This document shows positions 18,493 through 27,881 of a stretch of DNA of 64,000 bases, one piece after another. The DNA comes from an uncultured Candidatus Poseidoniales archaeon. Lineage in GTDB: Archaea; Thermoplasmatota; Poseidoniia; Poseidoniales; Poseidoniaceae. The notes below the pieces were generated by a model, which saw nothing but the letters and a program-made list of their open reading frames with translations, did not search any database and was not told the origin of the DNA. The stretch is taken from assembly GCA_902520595.1 (NCBI GenBank), contig CABYOM010000002.1, positions 434 through 64,433 on the forward strand, written 5' to 3'. The translations under genes were made by a program, and so were the position numbers. Positions within the stretch are counted from its first letter, which is position 1. Every line of letters starts with the position of its first letter.

Positions 18493-19605
18493 CTAAGAAA
18501 GGATATCTTCAAGTTGATTGATTTGAATCGCCTTACGTATTGAGCGAGCAATTCGACGGCCGGTTGACATTCGTTCTTCGTTAATATCGGAGTAAGGTGA
18601 GCCTCCTACAAAGGGATTCGAACCCGCAACAATTCGCGCACTTATTTCAAACACTTTGAACTCCAATGCGTCTGTCACAATGGTTTCCAGGCAGAATGGG
18701 CCAATCATTCCTCGAGCGCCTTCTTCCAATTCAAACGATTCTGCAACAGTCCCTTCAGCCATTTCAAACGCTCGAGGGAGCAAGGATTCACGTATAACGA
18801 CCGGCTGATTACCGGTGACTACAAAAGACGGTTCGAGAGACATTTCTCGCAAATCTCTCAACGAGCCCAATTTGTAGAACTCATCGACGTTTGACTCGTC
18901 TCTTCGGTCCATTGAAAGCAATTCGAGACGTCCGAGATTTTTGCCTGCATTTGACCCCTTTCCTTGAACTTGAAAACCATCGGTAGCAGTCGGGTCAAAG
19001 AAAAAGTGGAGATAATATCGACATCCAAGCACGTATTCTTGAATCGTAAATTCTTCTTCAATATCTACATTTCTTCGAAAATCACGATAATTGCGCGCAA
19101 CGAAATAACCTCTTCCACCCTTGGCTCCAGCATACTTTACAATCACCGGTCCATCGATATCGTGGGGGTCTTCTAGTACTTTCGGCATCGTGCACCCCCC
19201 AGCTTCGAGCCACTTACGCTGCCGCTCACGACTGCTTTCCCAATGGAGAATCCCTCGGTTGCCAAAGGTTGGCACTTGTAATTCTCTAAAGTTTGAAGAG
19301 CCGAGGTATTCGACCAACGAGCCATGAGGAATGATTACTACATTTCGTTCACGGAACCATTCAGCATGTTCCATCATTTCCAGATAATTATCGAGCATTA
19401 ACCACTCATCAGGCTCAGCGCCAGGGAATGCTTGGTAGAAACGTCTTCGATTTTCTCCAACAGCAATTCCAAGTGTTCTGAAACCTTCACTGCGTGCGCC
19501 GTGTAATATTTGAAGAGAGGAATGAGAAGCAACCACACCAATCGTGATGTTGTCTCGGTCGTAGTTAGCCAGCCATCTTGCTAGTGTTTCGGAGTCTACG
19601 CCCAT
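18493..19605 (-). CDS. purP: Formate--AICAR ligase (PurP family, ATP-grasp)
   Basis: ASHSSLQILHGA, IPHGSLVEY, GAKGGRGYF, VVTGNQPVVIRESLL and FEISARIVAG motifs. Confidence 0.93.
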   Translation of the reverse strand: MGVDSETLARWLANYDRDNITIGVVASHSSLQILHGARSEGFRTLGIAVGENRRRFYQAFPGAEPDEWLMLDNYLEMMEHAEWFRERNVVIIPHGSLVEYLGSSNFRELQVPTFGNRGILHWESSRERQRKWLEAGGCTMPKVLEDPHDIDGPVIVKYAGAKGGRGYFVARNYRDFRRNVDIEEEFTIQEYVLGCRYYLHFFFDPTATDGFQVQGKGSNAGKNLGRLELLSMDRRDESNVDEFYKLGSLRDLREMSLEPSFVVTGNQPVVIRESLLPRAFEMAEGTVAESFELEEGARGMIGPFCLETIVTDALEFKVFEISARIVAGSNPFVGGSPYSDINEERMSTGRRIARSIRKAIQINQLEDILS

Positions 19606-19752
19606 GTCGAGGGGTTCAGTATTTGCGATATGAGTGTTCTTATTAGAATCAGTGAGAGTGAAGATATTTGAGGATTTTTTCTTTCTTCCAATTCAACATG
19701 CTAACCCTCAATCTGCCGCAAGAACGACAAACCCTCTGCCCAACTCACCATC

Positions 19753-20103
19753 ATGGCCCTAATACAACTCTCGATTCGACTTCTTCTCTCCGGAGGACTC
19801 ATTGTTGCTGCCAGTGAAATCGCAAAGAAGAACGATGTTTACGGCGCATTGATCGCTTCACTACCCCTTATCTCTATTTTCGCGATGATTTGGTTATACA
19901 ATGACACGGGGGATTCTGAACAGATTGCATCTTTTAGCAAGAACATTTTTTGGCTTGTCATCCCTTCTCTTGTATTGTTTCTAACTCTTCCAATGTTTCT
20001 TCAGAGGGGCGTTGAATTCTGGCCAGCATTAGTTGGTTCAATCGTTCTTACACTCGTTACTTATGTTGCAGGATTAAAGGTTGCAACTGGCTCAATCTCT
20101 TAA
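19753..20103 (+). CDS. Small four-TM membrane protein (DUF3147-like)
   Basis: ASEIAKK..GALIASLPLISIFAMIWLY and FWLVIPSL pattern. Confidence 0.75.
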   Translation: MALIQLSIRLLLSGGLIVAASEIAKKNDVYGALIASLPLISIFAMIWLYNDTGDSEQIASFSKNIFWLVIPSLVLFLTLPMFLQRGVEFWPALVGSIVLTLVTYVAGLKVATGSIS

Positions 20104-20173
20104 TGTTCAAAGTAGACACAAAAACTTCTCCCGTCGAGTGAAGAGTTCAAGGGCTTGGCACCGATGCAAAACC

Positions 20174-21268
20174 ATGAGCGACCACGCACCAGCGCATCGC
20201 ATGACATATGCAGGATACTTGCAGTTAGATGAGTTATTGGCTCTTCAAGATGGTCCACAAGGTTACAGTCCTGCCCCATCCAATGACGAGCAGCATTTCA
20301 TTATCGTTCATCAAGCGTTTGAACTTTGGTTCAAATTGATTTTACGGGAATTAAAAGAAACACATGCACTCCTAAATCAGCAACATGTTCCAGAAGAACA
20401 CTTACCTCAGATGGTTCATCATTTAGATCGAGTCACTGAAATTTTCCGATTACTTTCAAATCAGTGGAAAGTAATGGAAACCCTCACCCCTCAAGGATTC
20501 TTAGCATTCCGAGATAAACTTGGGACATCTTCAGGCTTTGAATCATGGCAAATGAGAGAATTAGAGGTGTTAATGGGACTAGAAAATTCACAACGTATGG
20601 GTGGAATGGACCCTTTGCTTCACATGAAAAAGTTAGCTAAGGAAGGTAAAATCACCGATGCCGTTCTTGCAGATTTTGAGACCACTTCGAATCAACCATC
20701 ATTGAGAGAAGCGCTCTCTGCTTGGCTTGCTCGCACACCAATAAATGGTTCACTTGCAGGTTCAGATGGTGATGATGAAATCATTGAAGCATTCGTGGAC
20801 GGGCATGTTGCTGCCATGAGAGCGCATGGTGAAGACGTTATCGCTCATATTGTGGCTATTGGGCATGGTGAAGAAGCACCAGTTCGCTCTCGTATTGAGG
20901 CCGCAAATCAACAAGCAGCCGATTTCCTCCGTCCAGATGGTCAAGTTTCTCGTTCGAGGGCTGGTTTGCTCTTCATCGAATCCTACCGTGAATTGCCTCT
21001 TCTCTCTTGGCCGCGTAAATTAATCGATTCGTTTGTTGGTTTAGAACAATCGATGTTGCTTTTCCGTTCTGCTCATGCACGTATGGTTGAACGGATGATT
21101 GGTCGTAGAATGGGAACTGGAGGTTCAAGTGGTGTAGATTACCTCGATGCCACTACCAAATACAGAGTATTTGTTGATTTATGGGCAGTTCGAACAATGC
21201 TCGTGAAACGTGAGGTCTTGCCTGATGTAGAGCACGCCGGATTCTACGGCTTTTCCGCAAGTGAGTGA
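20174..21268 (+). CDS. kynA: Tryptophan 2,3-dioxygenase
   Basis: YAGYLQLDELL, FIIVHQAFELWFK, SGFESWQMRELE, VERMIGRRMGTGGSSGVDYL. Confidence 0.93.
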   Translation: MSDHAPAHRMTYAGYLQLDELLALQDGPQGYSPAPSNDEQHFIIVHQAFELWFKLILRELKETHALLNQQHVPEEHLPQMVHHLDRVTEIFRLLSNQWKVMETLTPQGFLAFRDKLGTSSGFESWQMRELEVLMGLENSQRMGGMDPLLHMKKLAKEGKITDAVLADFETTSNQPSLREALSAWLARTPINGSLAGSDGDDEIIEAFVDGHVAAMRAHGEDVIAHIVAIGHGEEAPVRSRIEAANQQAADFLRPDGQVSRSRAGLLFIESYRELPLLSWPRKLIDSFVGLEQSMLLFRSAHARMVERMIGRRMGTGGSSGVDYLDATTKYRVFVDLWAVRTMLVKREVLPDVEHAGFYGFSASE

Positions 21269-21270
21269 AA

Positions 21271-21525
21271 TCACTCGAGATGTGGGTCGATATCGATTGG
21301 TATGAGTTCGTGTTCATACTCATACAATGCGATTTTAAGAGGGTCTAAAACGAAACGAACCGATGCTTCTTCAAGACCGTAAAGAGATATCAATTCTTCT
21401 CTAAACGCTTCACGAAGGACTTCTTCGTTTGCATAAAGGGGGGCACCCATTCCAATTTGGAGTGCGCGTGCACCAATTATTCGAGCTCGTTCAAATCGTG
21501 TGTGGAGTCGTGCTGGCTTAACCAT
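21271..21525 (-). CDS. rpoK: DNA-directed RNA polymerase subunit K (Rpo6)
   Basis: TRFERARIIGARALQIGMGAP...DPLKIALYE; real start is probably ATG 21525, not 21801. Confidence 0.92.
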   Translation of the reverse strand: MVKPARLHTRFERARIIGARALQIGMGAPLYANEEVLREAFREELISLYGLEEASVRFVLDPLKIALYEYEHELIPIDIDPHLE

Positions 21526-21610
21526 TTGATACACCTGCGAGTACACCCGCATTTGGGCGACCTGTCTACTGTTCTTGAACCTAACCCCTAACACAATCGC
21601 TTCAACGGCG

Positions 21611-22504
21611 CTATTCTTCTTCATCAAATTCTTTTCTGGATAGGTTCCAACGCATGTATAGAGCAGGGCCCAAACACAGAATGAGAACAACCGTCCACAG
21701 GCTCGCATTTTGACCGGGCGACAGGCCAAAATTGGTATTTGATGTCTCAAGTCCAATCTCTTGGTTGAGTTCAAAGCCACCGACTGGATTTGAGGAATCA
21801 CTCACCAGTTGGTAGACGCCAGTTTGTTCCAAAATCACAACGATGTGGCCACTTAAATTTTCTACCAATTCCGAAATATTCGCAGAATTGTTTGACGCGT
21901 TGAACTGCATCAAACCAGTCGCAAGATGGGGGTGGGTTCGATTTCGGCTTTGGTGGTCGATGGCTTCAGTTCGCCAGATACTCACCATGTCTCCCTGGGA
22001 GGCTTGCCATGTGAGCGTGCCGTTGTCGAACTGGAGATCAGAAAGCCCTCCAAAATCTGTCGAGCGCTTGGAGAGAGCGTTTGAAAGTTCAAGTGCTTGA
22101 CTGGAGCCAGTGAGTAGTCCTTCGCTGTTTAACACTAAGCTGGGCAGAAATAACAATCGGTGTTCATTAGAAAAACGCATTTTAGAGGCACTCAAGAAAG
22201 AATCATCCTGTGTAGATGGGTGATGTTGCAACACAAACGTATCGCTTCGGTTTAATTGGTCAATCTCACCTTCAATCAGTTCGCAAGGTTCGCACCAATC
22301 AGCACCGTAATACTCGACCAAGTGTTCGATTCGCTCACCTTCACAATTCGTTGATTGAAGGCAGTTGGAATCGAAAAGAACTACATCATGCATTGTTGCA
22401 AATATCGGTTCTTGAGCCGAGACATGTTGCGATGGAGGCAGTGATGAGGTAAGCATAACACAGATGGCCAGTACTGCCATAACCCGTGAATGAGTTCTCG
22501 CCAT
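21611..22504 (-). CDS. Exported thioredoxin-fold protein with a C-terminal membrane anchor
   Basis: Signal peptide; VEYYGADWCEPC (CxxC); cis-Pro-like FLPSLV; C-terminal TM. Confidence 0.7.
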   Translation of the reverse strand: MARTHSRVMAVLAICVMLTSSLPPSQHVSAQEPIFATMHDVVLFDSNCLQSTNCEGERIEHLVEYYGADWCEPCELIEGEIDQLNRSDTFVLQHHPSTQDDSFLSASKMRFSNEHRLLFLPSLVLNSEGLLTGSSQALELSNALSKRSTDFGGLSDLQFDNGTLTWQASQGDMVSIWRTEAIDHQSRNRTHPHLATGLMQFNASNNSANISELVENLSGHIVVILEQTGVYQLVSDSSNPVGGFELNQEIGLETSNTNFGLSPGQNASLWTVVLILCLGPALYMRWNLSRKEFDEEE

Positions 22505-22557
22505 CAGTCCATGGGTAAATGAATGTGTTCAAAAGGGGTCTGCTCCCACCATTACAC

Positions 22558-23616
22558 ATGGGGCAGGCTTGGTGGAGGCGTCCGTCTACCCTTCCAGTTG
22601 TGCTTGTCATAATGGCGCTTTGTATCATCATAGCGGGTGGAACCATTCGGATAAACGACGCAGGAGAATCATGCCCTGATTGGCCTCAATGTTTTGGAAC
22701 GTGGGGTTTTGACATCTCTGTTGAAGAGCAGGGAGCCTATTGGGATGAAAATCCAGATGAAATTGACTCAAGAGGTGCAGATTATCGGTACACTACTTTT
22801 GAGATTTTTTCCGAATGGTTTCATCGGATGCTGGTTGGCGTCATTGCAGTACCCGTCTTGTTGAATGCATTGATGGCGCGCAAAATGATTGATGTGTATG
22901 GTAAAACAGTCTATCGTTCAACACTTGTATCGGGCGTGTTGTTGATTGTTCAAGCATTGGTCGGCGCACTGACTGTTGCGATGGACAATGTCGATTGGTC
23001 GGTTGCATTACATCTCTCTCTTGCAAGCATATTCACTTCAACGTTCATTTTTCAGCATTTTGCGATGAGGAAATCGGAGGGCTCAACTTGGGAAATATTC
23101 TCCATGAATCCTGATTTCATTACTGCGAACAAAACCCGAGTCGATGCGATGGTCGGCTCTGTTTTCACGCTGTTAATTCTAGGGGCGTGGGTGTCTTCTA
23201 CTGCAGGCGGCCAGTATAACCAAGCTTGTTCAGTCGGTTTTCCAAACGGATGGCCGAAATGTAACGGCTCATTCCTTCCTTCATTCGACGGTCCAGGAGT
23301 ATTTGTCCAGATGATTCATCGATTTGGGGCTTTACTTGTCGGTTTGGTTTTACTCTTAGGTTCCGCTCGACTCCGTAGCGAAGCAAGAATTCACGAATCC
23401 ACTCCAATGTTTGGTCGTATCACTGAAACGGCGACTGGATTATGGATCCTGAATGTCATGGTTGGAGGCTCATACATCATTCTTGCGAAGATGGATGATT
23501 TCCCAGAATGGATTTCTTTACTCCATTTGATCTTCGGAATCAGTTGTTTCCTCGTTGCTGTTACAGCCTCGTTCTTTTTACGCCTCTCGTCCTCCCACCA
23601 ACCTGAGGAGGAGTGA
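22558..23616 (+). CDS. ctaA: Heme A synthase (COX15/CtaA)
   Basis: GESCPDWPQCFG, EWFHRM, QALVGALTV, LHLSLA, second Cys pair ACSVGFPNGWPKC, and IHR. Confidence 0.92.
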   Translation: MGQAWWRRPSTLPVVLVIMALCIIIAGGTIRINDAGESCPDWPQCFGTWGFDISVEEQGAYWDENPDEIDSRGADYRYTTFEIFSEWFHRMLVGVIAVPVLLNALMARKMIDVYGKTVYRSTLVSGVLLIVQALVGALTVAMDNVDWSVALHLSLASIFTSTFIFQHFAMRKSEGSTWEIFSMNPDFITANKTRVDAMVGSVFTLLILGAWVSSTAGGQYNQACSVGFPNGWPKCNGSFLPSFDGPGVFVQMIHRFGALLVGLVLLLGSARLRSEARIHESTPMFGRITETATGLWILNVMVGGSYIILAKMDDFPEWISLLHLIFGISCFLVAVTASFFLRLSSSHQPEEE

Positions 23617-24635
23617 ACTTGTCTGAATTGGGGCCCGTTGATTCACCTCCTCATCCTGGTTGGTTCAAAGTATTCACTCAACTCATGAAACTTCGAGTAA
23701 TTGTCTTGCTTCAAGTGACTGCTGTTTGCGCTATTTTGGTCCACGATCTTCTTGCTCGGCACGGTCTTATTGACCTTGACCGATCTTGGGCTGATACGAC
23801 ATATACCGTTGCGCTAACTGTCGTTGCTGGCACCCTTTCTGCAGGTGGTTCAAATGCGATTAACATGTGGTATGATGCTGATATCGATCCACACATGCGT
23901 CGAACGATGAACCGCCCCATACCTGCAGGGCATATTTCTGCTCGAGGTGCCCTTCTCTTCGGTTTGTTTCTGGCTATCTTAGGCTCCTCTATGTTTTTCC
24001 TCGTTCATTGGAAAGCAGCCTTTTGGTCCTTTTTCTCGGTAGCGTTTTACGTTCTCGTCTATTCGATTTGGCTAAAGCGTCGTACGCCTCAAAACATTGT
24101 AATTGGCGGCATTGCGGGTGCAACTCCTCCGTTGATTGGTTGGGCTGCTGCTGCCGCTTCTTCTCTTGATTCGAGTAATCCTTTTGATTTGGGATCACCT
24201 ATTCCATGGATGCTTTTTATGTTGATTTTCCTGTGGACTCCCCCTCATTTTTGGGCTTTAGCGCTGTATCGTTCAGGCGAATATGGAAATGTGAATATTC
24301 CTATGATGAACGAAGTAAAAGGCCCAGAGCACACTGTTTTCCAATCCAAAATATATTGTATTCTTCTTTTCATGCTCGGTTCTGTGCCCTGTTTTTGGCC
24401 GGAATGTGGCCTTCCTCTCCTTTGGGCTTTCCTCGCCGGAGCCTTGACCCTATGGTATTCGAAATCGGTATGGGACATCGATCCGCTCGAGGAACTCGAT
24501 GAAAATGGACGAATGCCCAAAGCAGCTCGCTCTTTCTATAGCTCGATATACTATCTAGGTTGGATGCATGTTGCCTTAGTGGTCGTATGTATCATTCCAC
24601 CAGAATGGCTTGGATTCTTTGGACCCTTGGGCTGA
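23613..24635 (+). CDS. ctaB: Protoheme IX farnesyltransferase (heme O synthase)
   Basis: NMWYDADIDPHMRRTMNRPIPAG, LKRRTPQNIVIGGIAGA, FLWTPPHFWAL. Confidence 0.95.
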   Translation: MNLSELGPVDSPPHPGWFKVFTQLMKLRVIVLLQVTAVCAILVHDLLARHGLIDLDRSWADTTYTVALTVVAGTLSAGGSNAINMWYDADIDPHMRRTMNRPIPAGHISARGALLFGLFLAILGSSMFFLVHWKAAFWSFFSVAFYVLVYSIWLKRRTPQNIVIGGIAGATPPLIGWAAAAASSLDSSNPFDLGSPIPWMLFMLIFLWTPPHFWALALYRSGEYGNVNIPMMNEVKGPEHTVFQSKIYCILLFMLGSVPCFWPECGLPLLWAFLAGALTLWYSKSVWDIDPLEELDENGRMPKAARSFYSSIYYLGWMHVALVVVCIIPPEWLGFFGPLG

Positions 24636-24713
24636 GTGTCTCGGTTTTGTCTCAATTCTGTGTGCGGCGTCAACCGTCATGTTCATCACTGCCTCGACGG
24701 TCGCCGGGTTACT

Positions 24714-24800
24714 GCGGCAGTCGCATAGCCTGGCCATTGCGCTGGATTGCTAATCCAGTGGTGTTTCACCTCGGGAGTTCAAATCTCCCCTGCCGCGCCA
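24714..24800 (+). tRNA. tRNA-Ser(GCT), intronless, CCA encoded
   Basis: Acceptor stem GCGGCAG/CTGCCGC, discriminator G then CCA; anticodon arm CTGGA-TTGCTAA-TCCAG; long variable arm; T-arm GGGAG-TTCAAAT-CTCCC. Confidence 0.95.
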
Positions 24801-24802
24801 AC

Positions 24803-27754
24803 TCAGTCGAAGAAATCTTCGAATTCATCAGCGGTAATCCGCGCTCCAGATTGCCGATTTCGTGCCTTCATAATTCGAGACAATCGCTTTCTCTTTTTGA
24901 TAAGAATTGGCAGAGAAATCATGCTCATAACGAGCGTGATTAGGGCGATCATTCCTGTAGTTTTGAATTCATCAACTTCCATATAATCGCTTAGAGTACC
25001 AAGCCATTCAACGCCAAGCGGTGGCTCAGGTTCTGGAGGAGGGATTGGGATGAGGTGTTGATTATAGTCCCACCATTGGTCCTTAATGACGATTCTGACA
25101 GTGTTTACTGGATAGTCAACTTCAAGCAACTGGTTGCCGACTGAATCGACAGGTGCTAGGACATAGTACAACGTCCTCCATGGTCGAATGTTATCATCTT
25201 GGATGCCACTTTGATTGTAGTAACCGGTTTCACCAACTGCTCCTGTCAGACCGGATTCAACCGGTGTAAGGAAACTCAAGTCAATCCCATCAGGTTGTTG
25301 ATCGGTTTGATAGAGGTTCCAAGTTACATCACCCGATGCTTCTTGTTCTGGCCAAACCCAACTCATGTTCAAATCATAACACATTGACCAATCGTTTTCA
25401 ATTTTGTAACATTCGCTGTCATTGGTGAATGTGACGGAATACTGGAGATTCGAGACTGCTTTTTCTGGTGGGATTGCATCACCGCAGAATGCAGCAGGTT
25501 GTCCAAAATCATCTCTTGAGACTTCAATGTGAAGGAAATCAGGAGTGCCTTCGCGATTTGCAGGCATGATGGCATATGATGCACAGATATTGGTCTCAAG
25601 TGGCGTAGGGTCAATCCACGAATTTGTGCTCGTATCCAAAGATACAGCCAGTGTGTTAACGGTCAACGTTTCCCAAATAATTTCGTTGAAGTCAGGATAA
25701 GGTGATGGGAAAATAGTACCGGCGTTATTTAGGATAGTGAGTTTGTAAATTTTCCACGAGCCGATGTATGGATTATCAGTATCTCCAGTCGGATTCCATT
25801 GAAGTTCAATGCTACCGCCCTTAAGTTGTTCAAATTCAATTTCACCGATACTGATATTTGCAGGAGGTGAATTACCGATAATGAGAATCACACCGTTTTG
25901 ATAAAGTGTTACGTCAAAGGAATAGTCATCATTCTTCGTATATTCGTTGAACGTAGTCCACAAGTGATCTTGAAGAGAGGGGAGGTATCGAATTTCTACA
26001 CTCTCAAGAGGAATGTTTGATGGTAGGAGTGCAGATGTATTGAGGTGGATGTCCATATGGTCCATTCCGGTGTTGTTTGAGTCGTCTTCAGTCGACAGCA
26101 CTTCAAAAGAAAGGAGAAGCAAAGGTTCTCTTCCTTCTCCAATTCCATATTGTGTCCCTAGGACAGGTAATATGGATTCATAGTTGAGGTAAGAAAGCGA
26201 ACGTGTTACCGCTTGACCGGTGAAGTAAGGTTCATTATCAAGGTCAACATAATTGTAAAGCGTAATCTCTTTGTGAACCGATTCAAGCACACCGAAGTTA
26301 TCAGTGACTCTCAACGTAATAGTATGGTCGCCAAGTCCAAGAACGGAACCAGAGATGTTGAGTAATTGCCCATACCCGAGACTGATGATTCCAGAAACCC
26401 ACCATGAATAGTTTAGCGGCGCAGCGGCAGTTGTGCCTGTTCGAGCAACCATTTCGATGTATTCTCCGGTGGTGTATGTGCCAAGCGGGTTGCTTTGAAC
26501 AATAACAGCGTTGATGTCACCTGCGATAACATCAGTGAGTTCACTGAGGCTGTTATCTCCCATCTTAGCATCCGTTCCCTCTGTGAATGTCACTGGAACA
26601 CTGATGGTCAGTGTTCGTCCAGCACCGACGATGCTGAGGTTGAACATACATACTTCAGTTTCCCCAGGCATGAAATCGCTCAAAACGCATTGTGTTTCAT
26701 CTTCAACATCGCCGATCGGGTCATAGACTTGGAAAGAGATGATTACATTGGCAATCGTCAAGTTTCCTTTGTTTGAAATTGTTGAATGCACCATATTTTC
26801 TCCGAAGTAATAATCGCTCGATGACGAATCATGGCCGGGGACCATTGATGTTGCTTGTATGTCGATTGTATCGTCAAAAATAACGGTAATTTGCGAGAGG
26901 TCATTTTCAGCATTTAGATCTGCATATGGGGTGCCAGTGCTGCTGAACATGCCCCAAATTAGTGTAAAGGTACCTTGAGATGAGTGTGTGAATGAAGGCA
27001 TAGCGCGTGAGAATGAGGAAACTCCACCCCATGATGGTAGATTCGATACATTGGTGTACGATTCTGCCAGCAACATTGTTTCTCCTTCATTCCAAAGCTG
27101 CCATCCGAGTTCGGCAACAAAGTTACATGTGCCACAAGCAGTGACTGAACCAACGATTTGCATATCGTAATCGAAGTTTGTGTTGAGGATTGAATTACCT
27201 TCGTAAACTGCGAGGTTTGAGAGGGTGCTGGTCGGGTCATAGGTTGAGTCTATGGCGAGGTCGACAAAGGACCTTGTTAGGTTAACTTGGAATGTGAGCG
27301 AGTCGTCACTTGGATCTTGGTCTTGCAAATCAAAAGCATAAACAATGGTGAATGTACCTTCATCGCCTGAAGGATTCCAAGAAGTTGATGATGTGAAGTC
27401 GCTCACAGTTCCCGGATAAATAATTGGCAAAGAGAAACTTCCCCGTTCATCGAAATTTGATTTACAGATGGCAGTATCAATCACGCCTTCACAAGCATAC
27501 CACCACAAAACGCGGTTAGAAATGGATTGAAGCCCTTCATTTTCTAGGGTTACGTTGAATGAAATAGGGTCCCATGAAGACAGCCAAGCATCCTCAAGTG
27601 GAGAATTCGAGGATTTTAGGGATAAATCCCCGGATTCTGCTGCAGCGACGCTTGGCAGTGTCAAAAGCCCTGTGAAAGATGCGATAAGGAGCAGAAAAAC
27701 CAGAGAAATACTTCCGCATTTCCGCCTTGAATCACGTGGAGCATAGCGCGACAT
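24803..27754 (-). CDS. Large cell-surface protein with repeated Ig/CARDB-like beta-sandwich domains and a C-terminal TM
   Basis: Signal peptide; repeated 'D-NxxND' type domain ends (DQDPSDD, DLNAEND, DAKMGDN); Pro-rich linker PIPPPEPEPP; TM followed by KKRKR. Confidence 0.72.
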   Translation of the reverse strand: MSRYAPRDSRRKCGSISLVFLLLIASFTGLLTLPSVAAAESGDLSLKSSNSPLEDAWLSSWDPISFNVTLENEGLQSISNRVLWWYACEGVIDTAICKSNFDERGSFSLPIIYPGTVSDFTSSTSWNPSGDEGTFTIVYAFDLQDQDPSDDSLTFQVNLTRSFVDLAIDSTYDPTSTLSNLAVYEGNSILNTNFDYDMQIVGSVTACGTCNFVAELGWQLWNEGETMLLAESYTNVSNLPSWGGVSSFSRAMPSFTHSSQGTFTLIWGMFSSTGTPYADLNAENDLSQITVIFDDTIDIQATSMVPGHDSSSSDYYFGENMVHSTISNKGNLTIANVIISFQVYDPIGDVEDETQCVLSDFMPGETEVCMFNLSIVGAGRTLTISVPVTFTEGTDAKMGDNSLSELTDVIAGDINAVIVQSNPLGTYTTGEYIEMVARTGTTAAAPLNYSWWVSGIISLGYGQLLNISGSVLGLGDHTITLRVTDNFGVLESVHKEITLYNYVDLDNEPYFTGQAVTRSLSYLNYESILPVLGTQYGIGEGREPLLLLSFEVLSTEDDSNNTGMDHMDIHLNTSALLPSNIPLESVEIRYLPSLQDHLWTTFNEYTKNDDYSFDVTLYQNGVILIIGNSPPANISIGEIEFEQLKGGSIELQWNPTGDTDNPYIGSWKIYKLTILNNAGTIFPSPYPDFNEIIWETLTVNTLAVSLDTSTNSWIDPTPLETNICASYAIMPANREGTPDFLHIEVSRDDFGQPAAFCGDAIPPEKAVSNLQYSVTFTNDSECYKIENDWSMCYDLNMSWVWPEQEASGDVTWNLYQTDQQPDGIDLSFLTPVESGLTGAVGETGYYNQSGIQDDNIRPWRTLYYVLAPVDSVGNQLLEVDYPVNTVRIVIKDQWWDYNQHLIPIPPPEPEPPLGVEWLGTLSDYMEVDEFKTTGMIALITLVMSMISLPILIKKRKRLSRIMKARNRQSGARITADEFEDFFD

Positions 27755-27881
27755 TAGCAGGTGCCTCTCATCGGGGCTTCAAAGACTCATCGCCCCCGAA
27801 GGGGGCATTGTTGCGATAATTTGATGATTTACACCACCTCCATGCGGCAACCTCTTGAATCGTCGAACATTACCGATGTTC

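Noticed and set aside
21526-21801. N-terminal extension of RpoK in the ORF track
   Set aside because: It overlaps the upstream gene; homology starts at MVKPARLHTRFE.
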